Source: Licmophora abbreviata (Eukaryota). Taken from it: a DNA stretch of 35,496 nt. Shown one piece after another: positions 12,216 to 23,418 of the stretch (positions are counted from its first letter, which is position 1; each line of letters starts with the position of its first letter). The position numbers and the translations under genes were made by a program. The notes under the pieces were generated by a model, which was not told the origin of the DNA, did not search any database, and saw nothing but the letters and a program-made list of their open reading frames with translations. The stretch is taken from contig OLMU01000858.1 in the NCBI GenBank assembly GCA_900291995.1, forward strand, positions 1 to 35,496, written 5' to 3'.

Positions 12216-15200
12216 ATGGTGGAATCGTTGCCTCCTGAAGACGCAATGAAGGACGAAACGCCTCCTGTTGTGGAAGAGAATGCGCCTGTGGATCAGACGA
12301 GTGTCAAGGCTGCTCGTTTGACCTTATTTTCAGCCGTGGAAGGCGGCGAGGACGGAACTGAGAGCCTTCTGTCGTGTCGTCCCCTCGCGACACTCTTTGG
12401 GAATACGAAACAGCGTTCAGCGGCTCTCGAATGCATTCAGTCGCACAAGTTTCACAAGGGACACGCTCGTCGTTTCTTTTCCGCTCTCGGAAATATCCTG
12501 CAGAAGGTTGTCGAGGAAGAATCGTACGTTCCGGCGTCGGCGTACGAGAGCGACGACGAAGACGACAAGAATGTGCGCGCCGTCGAGCCTACTGAGATTG
12601 AGGCCGATGCAAAATCCACAGAAGCGCTTCTTTTCGTCAAGGCGGCGGCTCGTTGTGTCGACGCATACCTAGAGGGGCTGGTCGAACGTCGTTCTGAAGA
12701 CGACGTATCCTCGAAGAAAGTCTACCCAGTCATTGACGAAGTGTTCTCAGTGGCGGAATTGCTGCATGAATTGCTGTTCCCACTGCACTCATGCGGGGTC
12801 GAGGGACTCCACGTGCAGACACTTATTGCGTCCGTGTGCGAGAATTGGTGGCACAATCACTTTGCCGATCGTGAATGCATGATTGTACAGCTCATGCCCA
12901 TGCTGGTCGCCAAGAGTCTCGAGCCCGACGCACAGAAAACCGAGGTCAAACGAATCTTTGCTCTTCGCGAAGCGCTGCAAGTACTCGACTTCGAGGATGA
13001 CAGTATTGAGTACTTGCGAGCATTGTTGCTTCGCACTGTGAGTAGTCCCCACTACTTGCGCCAGGCGGAAGGGAAGCGCTTCGTCGCTTGTCTCTTTCAT
13101 CTACATTCGTCCATGGTCAGGGACCTTCACCAGGCCGTCCGCGTCCAGATCCCCGAGGCGAAAAAAACTATTCTCCAAGCCTACGGCGACATCTACTTTC
13201 GCGCGTGGAAAGAATCGGAGTCGTATTCAGTCGTACAGACAGCTATGGAGGAGATGGCGCTCCAGGATCTCATGTACGCTGTTCTTCATGTCCAGTCGTC
13301 CACCATGGCCAAGTCAATTCTGACAGTGCTAGAGCCATTCCACAGTGCGAAGAAGACGCCCGACGTTCAAGCCTTGCTGCATCGCATGTACGGACCCATT
13401 TTGTGGAGGTCCCTTGGTGCTGCCAATTCAGGCGTACGCGTCAATGCAGCTTCTGTCTTGTGCGAGACCTTTCCGCTCCAGGAAACATCGATAGATCACC
13501 GCGAGACGGAACGAGCGGTCCGCAAGGGCACGGCCGCACTCAAGAGTTTGTTGACCGACTCTGATCCCCGTGTGCGAGTATCGGGAGCAGAAGCAACTGC
13601 TGACATCCTTGCCACTTTCTGGGATGTGTTGCCAGTGACCGACATTCGTGTATTGTTGAATCGTAAGTTCTATTTGTGTGTTGGTGGATGTTACTGTTGT
13701 TGATGTATCGTTGTGGAAGTGAACTCACGCTCTCTGACTTACATTCTTAGACATTGTCGCGGAACATGCATCGGACGCTTCCTCTTCGGCCGTTCGGTCG
13801 ACAGCCCTGACATCCATTATGGTCCTGCTCGAGGCCGAGCAGTCGCATGCCGTGCTTCGTGCCTTGCTTCCTTCGCTTGGGAACCTGATGCACGACAAGG
13901 TGGAGCGAGTCCGTCTTGCTACTGTTAGATTGCTCATTCGCATCAAACAGATCAAGGGAATCAAGTATTATCATGTCGTTCCTGTCGACCACTTGACTGC
14001 CCGACTTGCTGAAGAGGGCTCACGAGCTCATAATGCCCACGGACCTGTAGCGTCCGCTCTGACCGAGCTCATGCTGAACTCATACTTTCCGCAAGGCCCC
14101 AATTTTTCGGGTGCGGACCAAGTTAAGAGAACGATTTCGTTCTTGTCGTCGGATCCTGTTGCGGCATCGGTGTTTTACAGCAACATATCGGCTCATTTGA
14201 GTGTGAGTTCGGTGGCCAAGCTGGCGGCCATTCTCTTAAGGTGTCTTGTTTCGGCCGTGGAAACGGACAAGGCTCGAATGGCGAAGAAAGGAGGAAGGAA
14301 GCGTCGCCGCTACGGCAAGCAGAACGGTGAGGAGAATAGTGAAGAGTCCGAGGTGACCGACAACAGCGATGCATTGTCGGCGTCCAACACATCGTTGATG
14401 GCATCGCTGGCCGAGACTATTTGTGCCTTATGGGAGTCGGTACGTAGGCATGCGATGTCGAGATTTACATTTAAGCCTAATGGTGGGACTGACATAAACA
14501 TTCGTTCTCGATCTCATTCGTCTTCTTACTCCCCTCTTCAGATTGAGTCCGACCTCAAAGATCCTCAGAATGAATCCGCCAACGACTTCCTGCTCGACGC
14601 TTTCTCGGGGGCTGTGCTCACCAACGCGCACGCCCACTTTGACCAGAAGGCCGCGGAATGTGACGAAGAAACCGAAGATTGGTCAACGATTCGCGATGAA
14701 TGCTACCGTACATGTGCTGCAGTTCTTCGTTGCGCTGGGCGACTTCCGCCAAAGGCGGTCGAGGGGCTAGCCTCCCTCATTTCCGCCAAGCTCGCATCCA
14801 TTGACGACGACGTTGATGCCGATGCCGTACGCGAGAGCATCTCCCCTCACGTCGCTCTCCTTTGCCTTTGGGGTATGCAGGAAGACGTCGCTGCGGCATT
14901 GTCTTTTTCCATCACGTCGGCTTTCGGGGTGGACGACGACATGCATTCGCCTAACTTTGACGAACAGGTCGGCAATTCCAAGAAACGACGCAGTGGCCGT
15001 GGCAAAGCCAAAGAGGACTTCACAGTTCCCATCCTCCCAGCTCCTGTTGCGATGGGTGTGCTTGAAGACATCTTGCGGGGCTCAGATCCGAGTAGTGTTG
15101 CAGCGCGCGAAGCGATTTTGTCATCATCGAGTGCCTGTCGTGCTTTTGAAAAGGCGCTCGAACTGGGAACTGTCCGTGCGGAGCGTCTTCTGCAGTCCAT

Positions 15201-16435
15201 GACGGTGAGTTGGTCGCGTGGGTGTGTGTGCCGTCATGATGGATCTCTGTGGCCTACCGTAGCTTACCCACGCTTTGCTTCTATGACCACAGACGATACG
15301 TCAAGACGAAGTCCAGTTGATTCTCAAGGCATGCGAGGCATATGGTCGCTTCGCCCTCCACAAAGAAGCATCTACCGAAGGGCTGCTCTCATTCAACGAC
15401 CAAGCAAAGACACTTCTGGATTGGACCACCGAACGTGTCGTTCCGGTGCTGCTCAACTCTGAATCCATCGCCGACACACCCCTTCGAGACCTGAATATTT
15501 CTAGAATCGCGACGGTCGATGAGTCGCTTCTGCACCCGAGTTCACCAAGTCCCATGCCCCCTCTCAAACAGCGCGTCAATAGAAACCCGACCCCCGAACG
15601 GTTTGCCAATCGCAGCTTTGCCTCTGCCGACCGAGAGGTCACGTTTGATGTCGACGCTGACACAGAATGTCAGTCTATGGTATCGCATGGCGCTGCCGTC
15701 TCCCTAATGCAGTCGTCGTGCGTAATATTCTCGGAGTGGTTAGCCGTCGGTGGCTCTGGAGCCGACGTCATCGCCTCCTCTGCGTCGAAGTGGTGTTTGA
15801 TCTTTTCGGCAAGTCAAGATGTCATGCTTCACGCGGAGCTTCTGCCGGCTTTCACGCGTCTTGTGGTCCAGCTGAGCAAGACGGGCGCAATTTCATCGGT
15901 GCTGCCTTCGCTTCTTGCCAATTGTGATGGAATTTCGGACGAGACGGAGGAGTTCGCTCTGCTGAAAAAGACGGTCGCTTCTCTTCTCGTTGCTCGCGAC
16001 GATAAGGGAACTGAGCTGGTTGTGGCCGCAGTTGCGAGTGTTCTAGAAGCGGCCCACGGTTTGCTGGAAAACGGGAACAACGAGTATGGTGAAGGAGAAG
16101 CAAGCACCGACATACCAGACACCATCTCTGATCTTTGGCGAACGCCTGGCGGAAGCATTGTCGCTTCACTCTCCTCGATATTTTCCAACAAGCAAGCTTC
16201 TTTCATTCTGGCCGAGAAGATCGTTGATGGCATATCTCGTGACAGTGACCGCTCCAAGAAGGGCCAGCTCATCACCTTGTTCGATGCGAGATGCCTCTAC
16301 CTCCTGTGCCAGCGCACTGCTGGTCGCGGCGAGTGGGATGTAAAAAATGTCGTACAATCTCTTGGGGTCGGTCAGTTTGAAGAAGAGAGTCCGTTGCGAG
16401 ACTTGATGCAAGGAGTTCTAGACACGCTTGCTTAG
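12216..16435 (+). CDS. NCAPG2: Condensin II complex subunit G2 (HEAT repeats), 4 exons
   Basis: Exons 12216-13662, 13751-14439, 14542-15204, 15293-16435; introns 88, 102 and 88 nt, GT-AG and frame-consistent. Motifs CENWW, YGDIYFRAW, MYGPILWRSLGAANSGVRVNAA..FPL, DASSSAVR, HDKVERVR and LMLNSYFP match CAP-G2. Confidence 0.88.
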
Positions 16436-16595
16436 ATCGAAAGCGCTCCGGACATACGGTAGTTGTAGTAAAGTAACAGTATGATAATATCTGAATATCT
16501 GTGTTTCAATCTAAATTGACAGGCCAATATATGTTACAGCGTCTATCAGTAGTAGTATGCCAAAATTATCGATACGACGCCTCCAAGCGCGCTCT

Positions 16596-18469
16596 TTAGT
16601 AGCCATACTTCATCGAGCTGTAATCGATGTTGGCGAAATCGAGGTAAGCAAGCAGCTTGTAATTCCTCAGCGAATAAGGTGATCTCAGTTTGCGGTAAGC
16701 GCGTTGCTCGGCCGATCGGACTTGTGATACACTGAGATTGCCACCACAGACCTTGGTAACTTCCTTGGCCGATCTTGTCACGCCATCATCCAATCCCAGT
16801 CGCAGCCGAACAATATCTCGCTCATGGGGGCTCAGTTCCGCGGCCATGGCATTTTCCAGACACTGGCGAAGGAATGACAGCTCCACCTGGTCCTCCGGGC
16901 GAGGTTCCATGCACGGCAAAACATCTTTGAGCAGCAGTTCGGCGTCACCCATGCCGTCGCCTCCAGCGCGACTACCTTTCTGTCCCCCGCCGTTGGTCAC
17001 AAGCGGCCCATCAATAGACACGAGAGGCTTGGTGTGTTTAAGTGCCGAACGAAGCCGGTTCACAGTCACGCCAGCCTCCTGCGCAATGACATCCTCAGAT
17101 GGAATCTCTTCTTGTGTATCGTAGTACGACTTGAGTACTTTGTTGCATCTCGTCTGTTCGAAGTTTGGGGTGTGTTAGAAACACGTGCAAATAGGTCGCT
17201 GAATTTCAGCACAGAGCATCGACTTACCTTGACGTCGTGAAGCTGACTCGGCACATGCAAGCATCCGGTGGAGGCATCCTGAAAACATTTGCGGACGTAG
17301 CTTGTCACCCAGTGAGTCGCGTATGTCGAGAATCGAAGGCCTCGGCTCGGATCGTATCGGTCGGCAGCCCTCGCCAGTCCGAGAATGCCCTCTTGAATGG
17401 CTTCGTCGAGACTGGGTCGACTGGTGGTTCCCGCGTAGATGCTAACGAGACGAGAGCTCGCGTCCGATTCATATTTGGCGCTCTGCCGTGCCCATCGCTT
17501 GGCAATGCTAACAACGAGTTTTACATTGTTGCGAATGAGTCTTTCTCTAGCCACGGCTCCACCCAGCAGAAGGCGCCGAAGCTCCGCCCGACCTCCGGAA
17601 AGTCCCAGTCCATACACGATCTCGTCGTCCGAGAGCAATCGATGGTCAAAGTCATCGACAGATTCAAAATATTGATCCTCTGCTCGAGCAAGCTCAGTCT
17701 CGCTTAAGGAGAAAGCGTCTTGCTGTGATACAATGGAAATATGGTTCAGGTCGTCCCTGTCAATCTGATAGCCCCCTTCCGACTGCGCCACCAACAAAGC
17801 TTCGTTGCTGATCTCCCCCATTAGCATACTATCGTCTCTACACGTCTCTCTGGAAATCTCTTGTTGCAGAGCAATTTTCTTGTCGCAAATCAGAACACCC
17901 ATGGCCTCTCGAAGCTCCTGTGCCTTCTTCACCTTGCCACCAAGTCTGAGCTCTTCGTGTTTGGTGAGGATGTCATGGTCGAGCAACGCGTTTCTCTGGA
18001 ACACCGAGGGGCTAGATTTTCGATCGTTGTTACGTGTGGTCGTTTCCTTCGTTGGCCGACTTCCCTTGGAAGCTGAGGAAGACGTCACGTCCTGGTGTTC
18101 GTGTACCGCTACCCGCCGTTTGCTTGTCGACTTGAGATCTTTTCTGACTGTCCTTCTTCTTCGATCTACTTGTGCAGTTGTCGAGCCTGACGAGGGAATC
18201 ATGCGAAGCTGCATTGAGTCTTCACGTCGACTCCCAGCGCTCGCTGCAGTCCGTTGTCGTCGTCGACCGTGGGAGCGCGGTGGCAGCGGTGCGACATTCC
18301 TGGCCACTTCGTCGAAGCCGTCGGCGGCATTGAGCTCCGAACTCGACGTTCTGGAGCTCTGCTTATTCAAAAGGGGTGCAAACGCATTCGAATGTGTTGT
18401 ACACACAGTCAGGGCAAGACAGACGGCAGCTCGACAGCGAAAAGCGCAAGAATTCCGGTGGTTCCTCAT
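16596..18469 (-). CDS. Nucleus-encoded plastid RNA polymerase sigma-70 factor, 2 exons
   Basis: Exons 18469-17228 and 17153-16596; intron 17227-17154 (74 nt, phase 0). Bipartite presequence with SNA|FAP. Region 1.2 ILTKHEELRLG; region 2 NVKLVVSIAKRW and IQEGILGLARAADRYDPSRGLRFSTYA; region 4 LSPHERDIVRLRLGL...RAYRKLR. Confidence 0.9.
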
Positions 18470-19149
18470 GGCGAACGACGTCGACGATACGTGTACGAAC
18501 AGCAGATGGGAACAGAAAATATGGTCGCCACAGAACTGACGACAGCCGCACAAGCGAATCGAATCCGAAAGGGAAGAAGAATCCATGCATGCGCACGCGC
18601 AGAACTAACTTCAACTTGAAGCATCAATGTGAGCTCTTTCTCCACGAAGAGGAGCTCGTCACTCGAGTCTCAATAATGTGTGGCTCGCTCGCACGACTGA
18701 TCCGTGTTAAGTGAATCACGAGCCAGACACGTCGTTGATACTTTTCAATATGGTTATATTGACACTTAAGGTATCAATACAAGTTTTGAATCCCGCGTGA
18801 GAATGTCAGAGTCATAAGCATTTCGAATTGTTTCAAATACCTCATGTCTCTTGTTACGTAATGATCGATGAAAGGACGGCGCACCTTTCCAGTTTGAACT
18901 GGCAAATCAGAGCGCCAAAGAAGTCATTGATGATATCGCCGACGGACGCGTCGATGCGGAGAAGCCGGCACTATTGCTAGAGATTCGATTCATGCGGTTG
19001 TAGCAAGCTGCCAAAGAACACAGCGTGACAACAACAACATTCGCCACAGCATCTCAGTTTGAACGAGCTTCATTCTGGTGCCATTGAGTCCCTTTGTCGA
19101 AGATCAACTCTTTGAGATCCTGCAAAGGTTCGAATCGAAGTGTGCAGCC

Positions 19150-21116
19150 ATGCCGCCCGTTCAGCAGATTGGAGCCCTGCCGGCGACCCCCGACCTCAAC
19201 ATGAGTGACCTTTCCATTTCCTCCTTCGACGAAGACTATGAAACGTTCCCCTGCAGGAAATCTCCCGGTTTCCTCGATTGGATGACTGAGACGGCCAAGA
19301 GAAAAGCCGATATTGGGAGCCGAGGCGACACTCAGCCTCAAGGCAATCCGAAGCCCAAGTCACTCTCGTCTCGAAGGAGTGAACGGGAGCCCACTGCCTG
19401 GCCGTTTTTGGACCACTGGAACACTGGAGAATTGTTCGACACTGCCCCTGAGGTGATTGCGTCGATCGAAAAGTCATTCGAAGAGGTAAATGCGAAGTTG
19501 CATTTGTACCTGCTATCCCAATGATTTATCACGTGCCGTGTTTTCTTCATTTTATGCCTCAACGACTTGGCAGTCGCGTCATGCTTTTAACTCACAAATA
19601 TTTGTCTACTCCGCTCTTTCCCCAGCTCATCGTACACCACCCCACTCAATCTATGACTCCGTTTCGCACCTCACCACCCGATCTCAAGATGAGTCCTACG
19701 GACGAAATGGACTCTCTTTCCTGCTACAAGGAAGAGAAAGATGACCATTTTTTCGACACCGACTTCGCGATCCCGGAAAGGAAAGCATTGACATCGCTCA
19801 CTAAGTTTGAGAAGCTTCAAGATGTCGGAACTGCCGTCGTGAGCAATGATTCTCTCGAGAGGTCTCGTGATACAAAGACAGACGCCGAGGAGGACGCAGA
19901 ATTCGACGAGCTCATGCAAACACTCCAAAATGATTTCGGGTCGGAATCGAAGATAGGCGTCCACCTCCAGTCGTCTGTCGATTTCAGCATCGAGGAGAAC
20001 GAGACATGCCAACGTGATCGCAAGAACGAAATGGAGCGTCTCCGGCTCATGCGGGATTTCGAAGAAGAGTTCGATCTCAGTGACGACACAGACGATCTAG
20101 CCTCTGCGGAGTCGTCGACGCCCATGGATGGCGACACCTTTCAGCAACTAAGGGACGCCTTTGATACCTACACGGCGTCGCGCGGAAAGAAAGTGGCGTT
20201 CCACGAGGACATTAATGTCCGATTCTTCGAACGCTCGTCACTAGAGAAGAAAAGGCTGTTCCGTCGCTTCCGGCGGAATTTGCGAAAGGTGCAGCCCAAG
20301 CATTCTTCGGAGGCATCTGTCGACGAAACTAAACATTCCAACATTGAGACCGCACCGAGTGGATCGACTGGCTCGAATGGTGTGGAAGGTCCGATCAGCG
20401 AGCTGTTACGTGTCTTACAAGGCACATTCAACGAGCTGGAAGAGGTAGCCTCCATCTGGACACAGGGATTCAAGGCTTGGTGGGATCTGGATGGACTCGA
20501 TGCACACATAAGCAAGCTCATGTGCGCATCGTCGGATCAAGCTATGGACGAAATGGATGCGCCCGCCTGCAACACGAAGAAACTCCGAGACGAGAAGCTA
20601 GCGGCTCTTTCGGACTTAGTGTCGTCGACTGAACCCACCAACAGTGATTCCACGGGGCCGACGACCAACGAGAAGGTTGATTCTGTCGCTGCCCGTTGGG
20701 AAGGGCTCATCAGTGCATTGGAACGAAAGAGTTCTCCGGAGAAAAAACACAGGCGTCGCGGTTCGGTGGGTACAAGCCGCAAGCGCACCGTTGTGGATGG
20801 CGCGAAACGCTGGGCCAAATCTCAGAAGTCGGTGACGTCGTCGCCTGGAATCTCCCAAGTGAATACACCAAGTCCCTACTTGGTCCCTCGAAGCATTTTC
20901 GTGTGTTCTTCCGAAGACAAGCAATCGCAACTTCAGCAGCCAGTACTGCATAGTATGGCAGGCAAACAGTCATCGCAGAGCATTCGAGAGGAGCTCGACA
21001 GCATCAAGGAAATGGCCCGGGTCAAGCGCATGGCTCAGGGATTCAACAACACATCCCTTCATAGGAGGGACTCTTCTTCGTCGAGCCCGGTGTCCGTCGC
21101 CAATTTTCATTTCTGA
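19150..21116 (+). CDS. Hypothetical low-complexity/disordered protein, 2 exons, with RVxF-like motif
   Basis: Putative exon 19150-19485 (GAG|GTAAAT), intron 19486-19625 (140 nt, ends CCCAG, phase 0) and exon 19626-21116 join two ORFs of the track in frame. No recognisable globular domain. Start uncertain. Confidence 0.6.
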
Positions 21117-21764
21117 TGGGCATACCGCGGTAGACAGGGTGTCCGGTCCGGTGACGCACTACAAACCATTGTGATCCAAGTGTCGATCGCGTGTGATCGC
21201 AATCCAGCGCCTTTGTAGAAACAGTCCAGTAGTTCAATTAGCATTTCCTGTCCGTGTAGTGTTTCCAATTCAGAACGGAGTACCGGTAGGCATTGCGGGA
21301 AGCAGAGATAGTACCGTAGCTCAAGTCGAGTGCACCAGTACGTGACATGCTGTCATAGGACCCATTGTCGCAACACTTGCTTCGAGCGCCTTTACCATGA
21401 CTTTGCGTTTGTACTGAGACACTCAAGTACCGCTGTGGCCAGTACAAGTGGGCTATGCTCGCCCATACGGTATGCAAGTGCAGATGCAGGTCACTTCATC
21501 GGTTGCCTGCCCCGCCAAATAGCGTTTGAAATGTTGAAGTACAGGTACGAGCTCCTGTGCTGGGATATCACAAGCGAAGTCCTCCGAGACCTCGTCTGAT
21601 ACCTGGTAGCAATAAGTCGTTGGTTTCTACGAGCATTGAACCTTGAAATTCGCAGGTTGAAAAGTGAAAAGTCAAAACATGCCACATGAACATGCCCTCA
21701 TCATTCGCCAACACCACCCAACGGAAGCCCGACAGCTCGTTTCGTATCGTCTTGGACTGCAGCG

Positions 21765-22712
21765 ATGTCTCTTACATCTCTGCATGCCAGCATGACATCT
21801 GAAGGTTGGACTGATGGCGCGGGCGAGACAGCGCAGCAACAGGATATCACTCGACGACCGGATTCACGATTCAGCTGCAACATATGCCTCGAACCTGTAT
21901 CGGAACCTGTCGTCACGCAATGCGGCCATTTGTACTGTTGGCCATGCCTGTATCGCTGGTTGGAACCAGGGATTCGTCCGGAAGAAGCGTTTTGGGATAG
22001 TGGCGCTGTCGCCATGGCTCGGGGGCCCGTCAACGACAGTCGCCGCTGTTGTCCTGTCTGCAAGTCACCATGCAGCGTGCCGACTTTGGTTCCTATTTAC
22101 GTTCGTAACGAGCCTTCCACGCCCACACAAACGCCCGTTGTGAGTAGGGAGAGAGCGGAAGAAAGAGAAGAATGCGAAGTGCACGACACGGCAGGTGCAC
22201 AAGACGAGCTGGAACAACAGCAGACTTCGCCGTCAGAGCACGAGGATAGTCACGACACTCCCTCTCCCGAGGAGCAGGACGTTTCTAGCACCAGTGTGCC
22301 TCCACCCCAGCAGCAATTGCGGCAGCGACTGCGATTCCGAAGTCGTGACAGTGAAATTCTCTTTGACGACATTCCGTCTCGACCAGCAGCAGCATCGCCA
22401 ACACGCACTGCCGCCCACAATCAACCGACCGCATTAGCGCACCGACATGTCTATCGAACACACTTGTCTCCCAATCCACAAAATCGCGCGTCGCTGTCCC
22501 ATGGGCTGCTCTTACTCTTTCAACAAGCCCTCAACGCGAACGCAAACGTCGCCTCACGAGATGAAATTCCCTCTTTACACCGGCACGACGATGAGCGGCG
22601 ACAGAATGAGCAAAGGCGGATGGAGCGACCCCAGGACGACTCTACTGAATTTCTATCTCGACTCTTACTTATTTTGGGCTCTTTTGTCATTCTCTGCCTC
22701 TTGATCTTTTGA
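21765..22712 (+). CDS. C3HC4 RING E3 ubiquitin ligase, RNF5/RNF185/RMA-like, tail-anchored (ERAD type)
   Basis: FSCNICLEPVSEPVVTQCGHLYCWPCLYRWL...CPVCK...LVPIY, plus a C-terminal TM segment FLSRLLLILGSFVILCLLIF. Confidence 0.88.
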   Translation: MSLTSLHASMTSEGWTDGAGETAQQQDITRRPDSRFSCNICLEPVSEPVVTQCGHLYCWPCLYRWLEPGIRPEEAFWDSGAVAMARGPVNDSRRCCPVCKSPCSVPTLVPIYVRNEPSTPTQTPVVSRERAEEREECEVHDTAGAQDELEQQQTSPSEHEDSHDTPSPEEQDVSSTSVPPPQQQLRQRLRFRSRDSEILFDDIPSRPAAASPTRTAAHNQPTALAHRHVYRTHLSPNPQNRASLSHGLLLLFQQALNANANVASRDEIPSLHRHDDERRQNEQRRMERPQDDSTEFLSRLLLILGSFVILCLLIF

Positions 22713-23418
22713 AAACGGATCGCTTCGACGCGATGGCGGCCCTCCTCTGTACCTGATGGCCATGCATGCTTCTTTGCTCTAGAGATTGTATGATTAGTTT
22801 CGATGGGACGTCATAATATTCACATTAGATTGTTTGTTTTTGTGATGTGCTCGTCGTACAGGTAAGGAGGAGCAGACCATGTTCTACCCATCGGGCAACA
22901 CTGGATATATTCCAGGGAGTGAGCAGTGGCAATGCCCATGACCCGAACCAGCAACGAGCGCCAGAAAACCAAAGGGGGCGGTGCCACTTTGGCAGTAGTT
23001 TCCCTTCATGCATGGACCAAGATTGGATACGTCATCATCCATCATACACCGGGACGTCAAAGCCTTCAGCCGAGTTGACCGGCCTCTCACTCGATTGCGA
23101 CTTCGTTCCGCCTAGGTATGCACCGAAGACGGAAACGAACGCCACGTGGAACACGAAAGACGGGAATGGAATGTGTCACGTGGGACTAAACCACGCACGA
23201 CTGAAATTCCGCCAAGCGACGGGCGCGCAAAATCTTAAATCTTCATCCCAATCTTCTTTTTCAGAAAAATACCAACCAATTCCTAGGTTCCTAGTACGAA
23301 CCCGTACATGCACACATTCATCTTCACTCTGGACTCCGTGCATCTGGCATCAAAGTTTCAAAACTTTGCAGGGAAGCAACGTACAGTGCGTTGCTGTCAT
23401 CTGCTTGTGGGCTCGATC

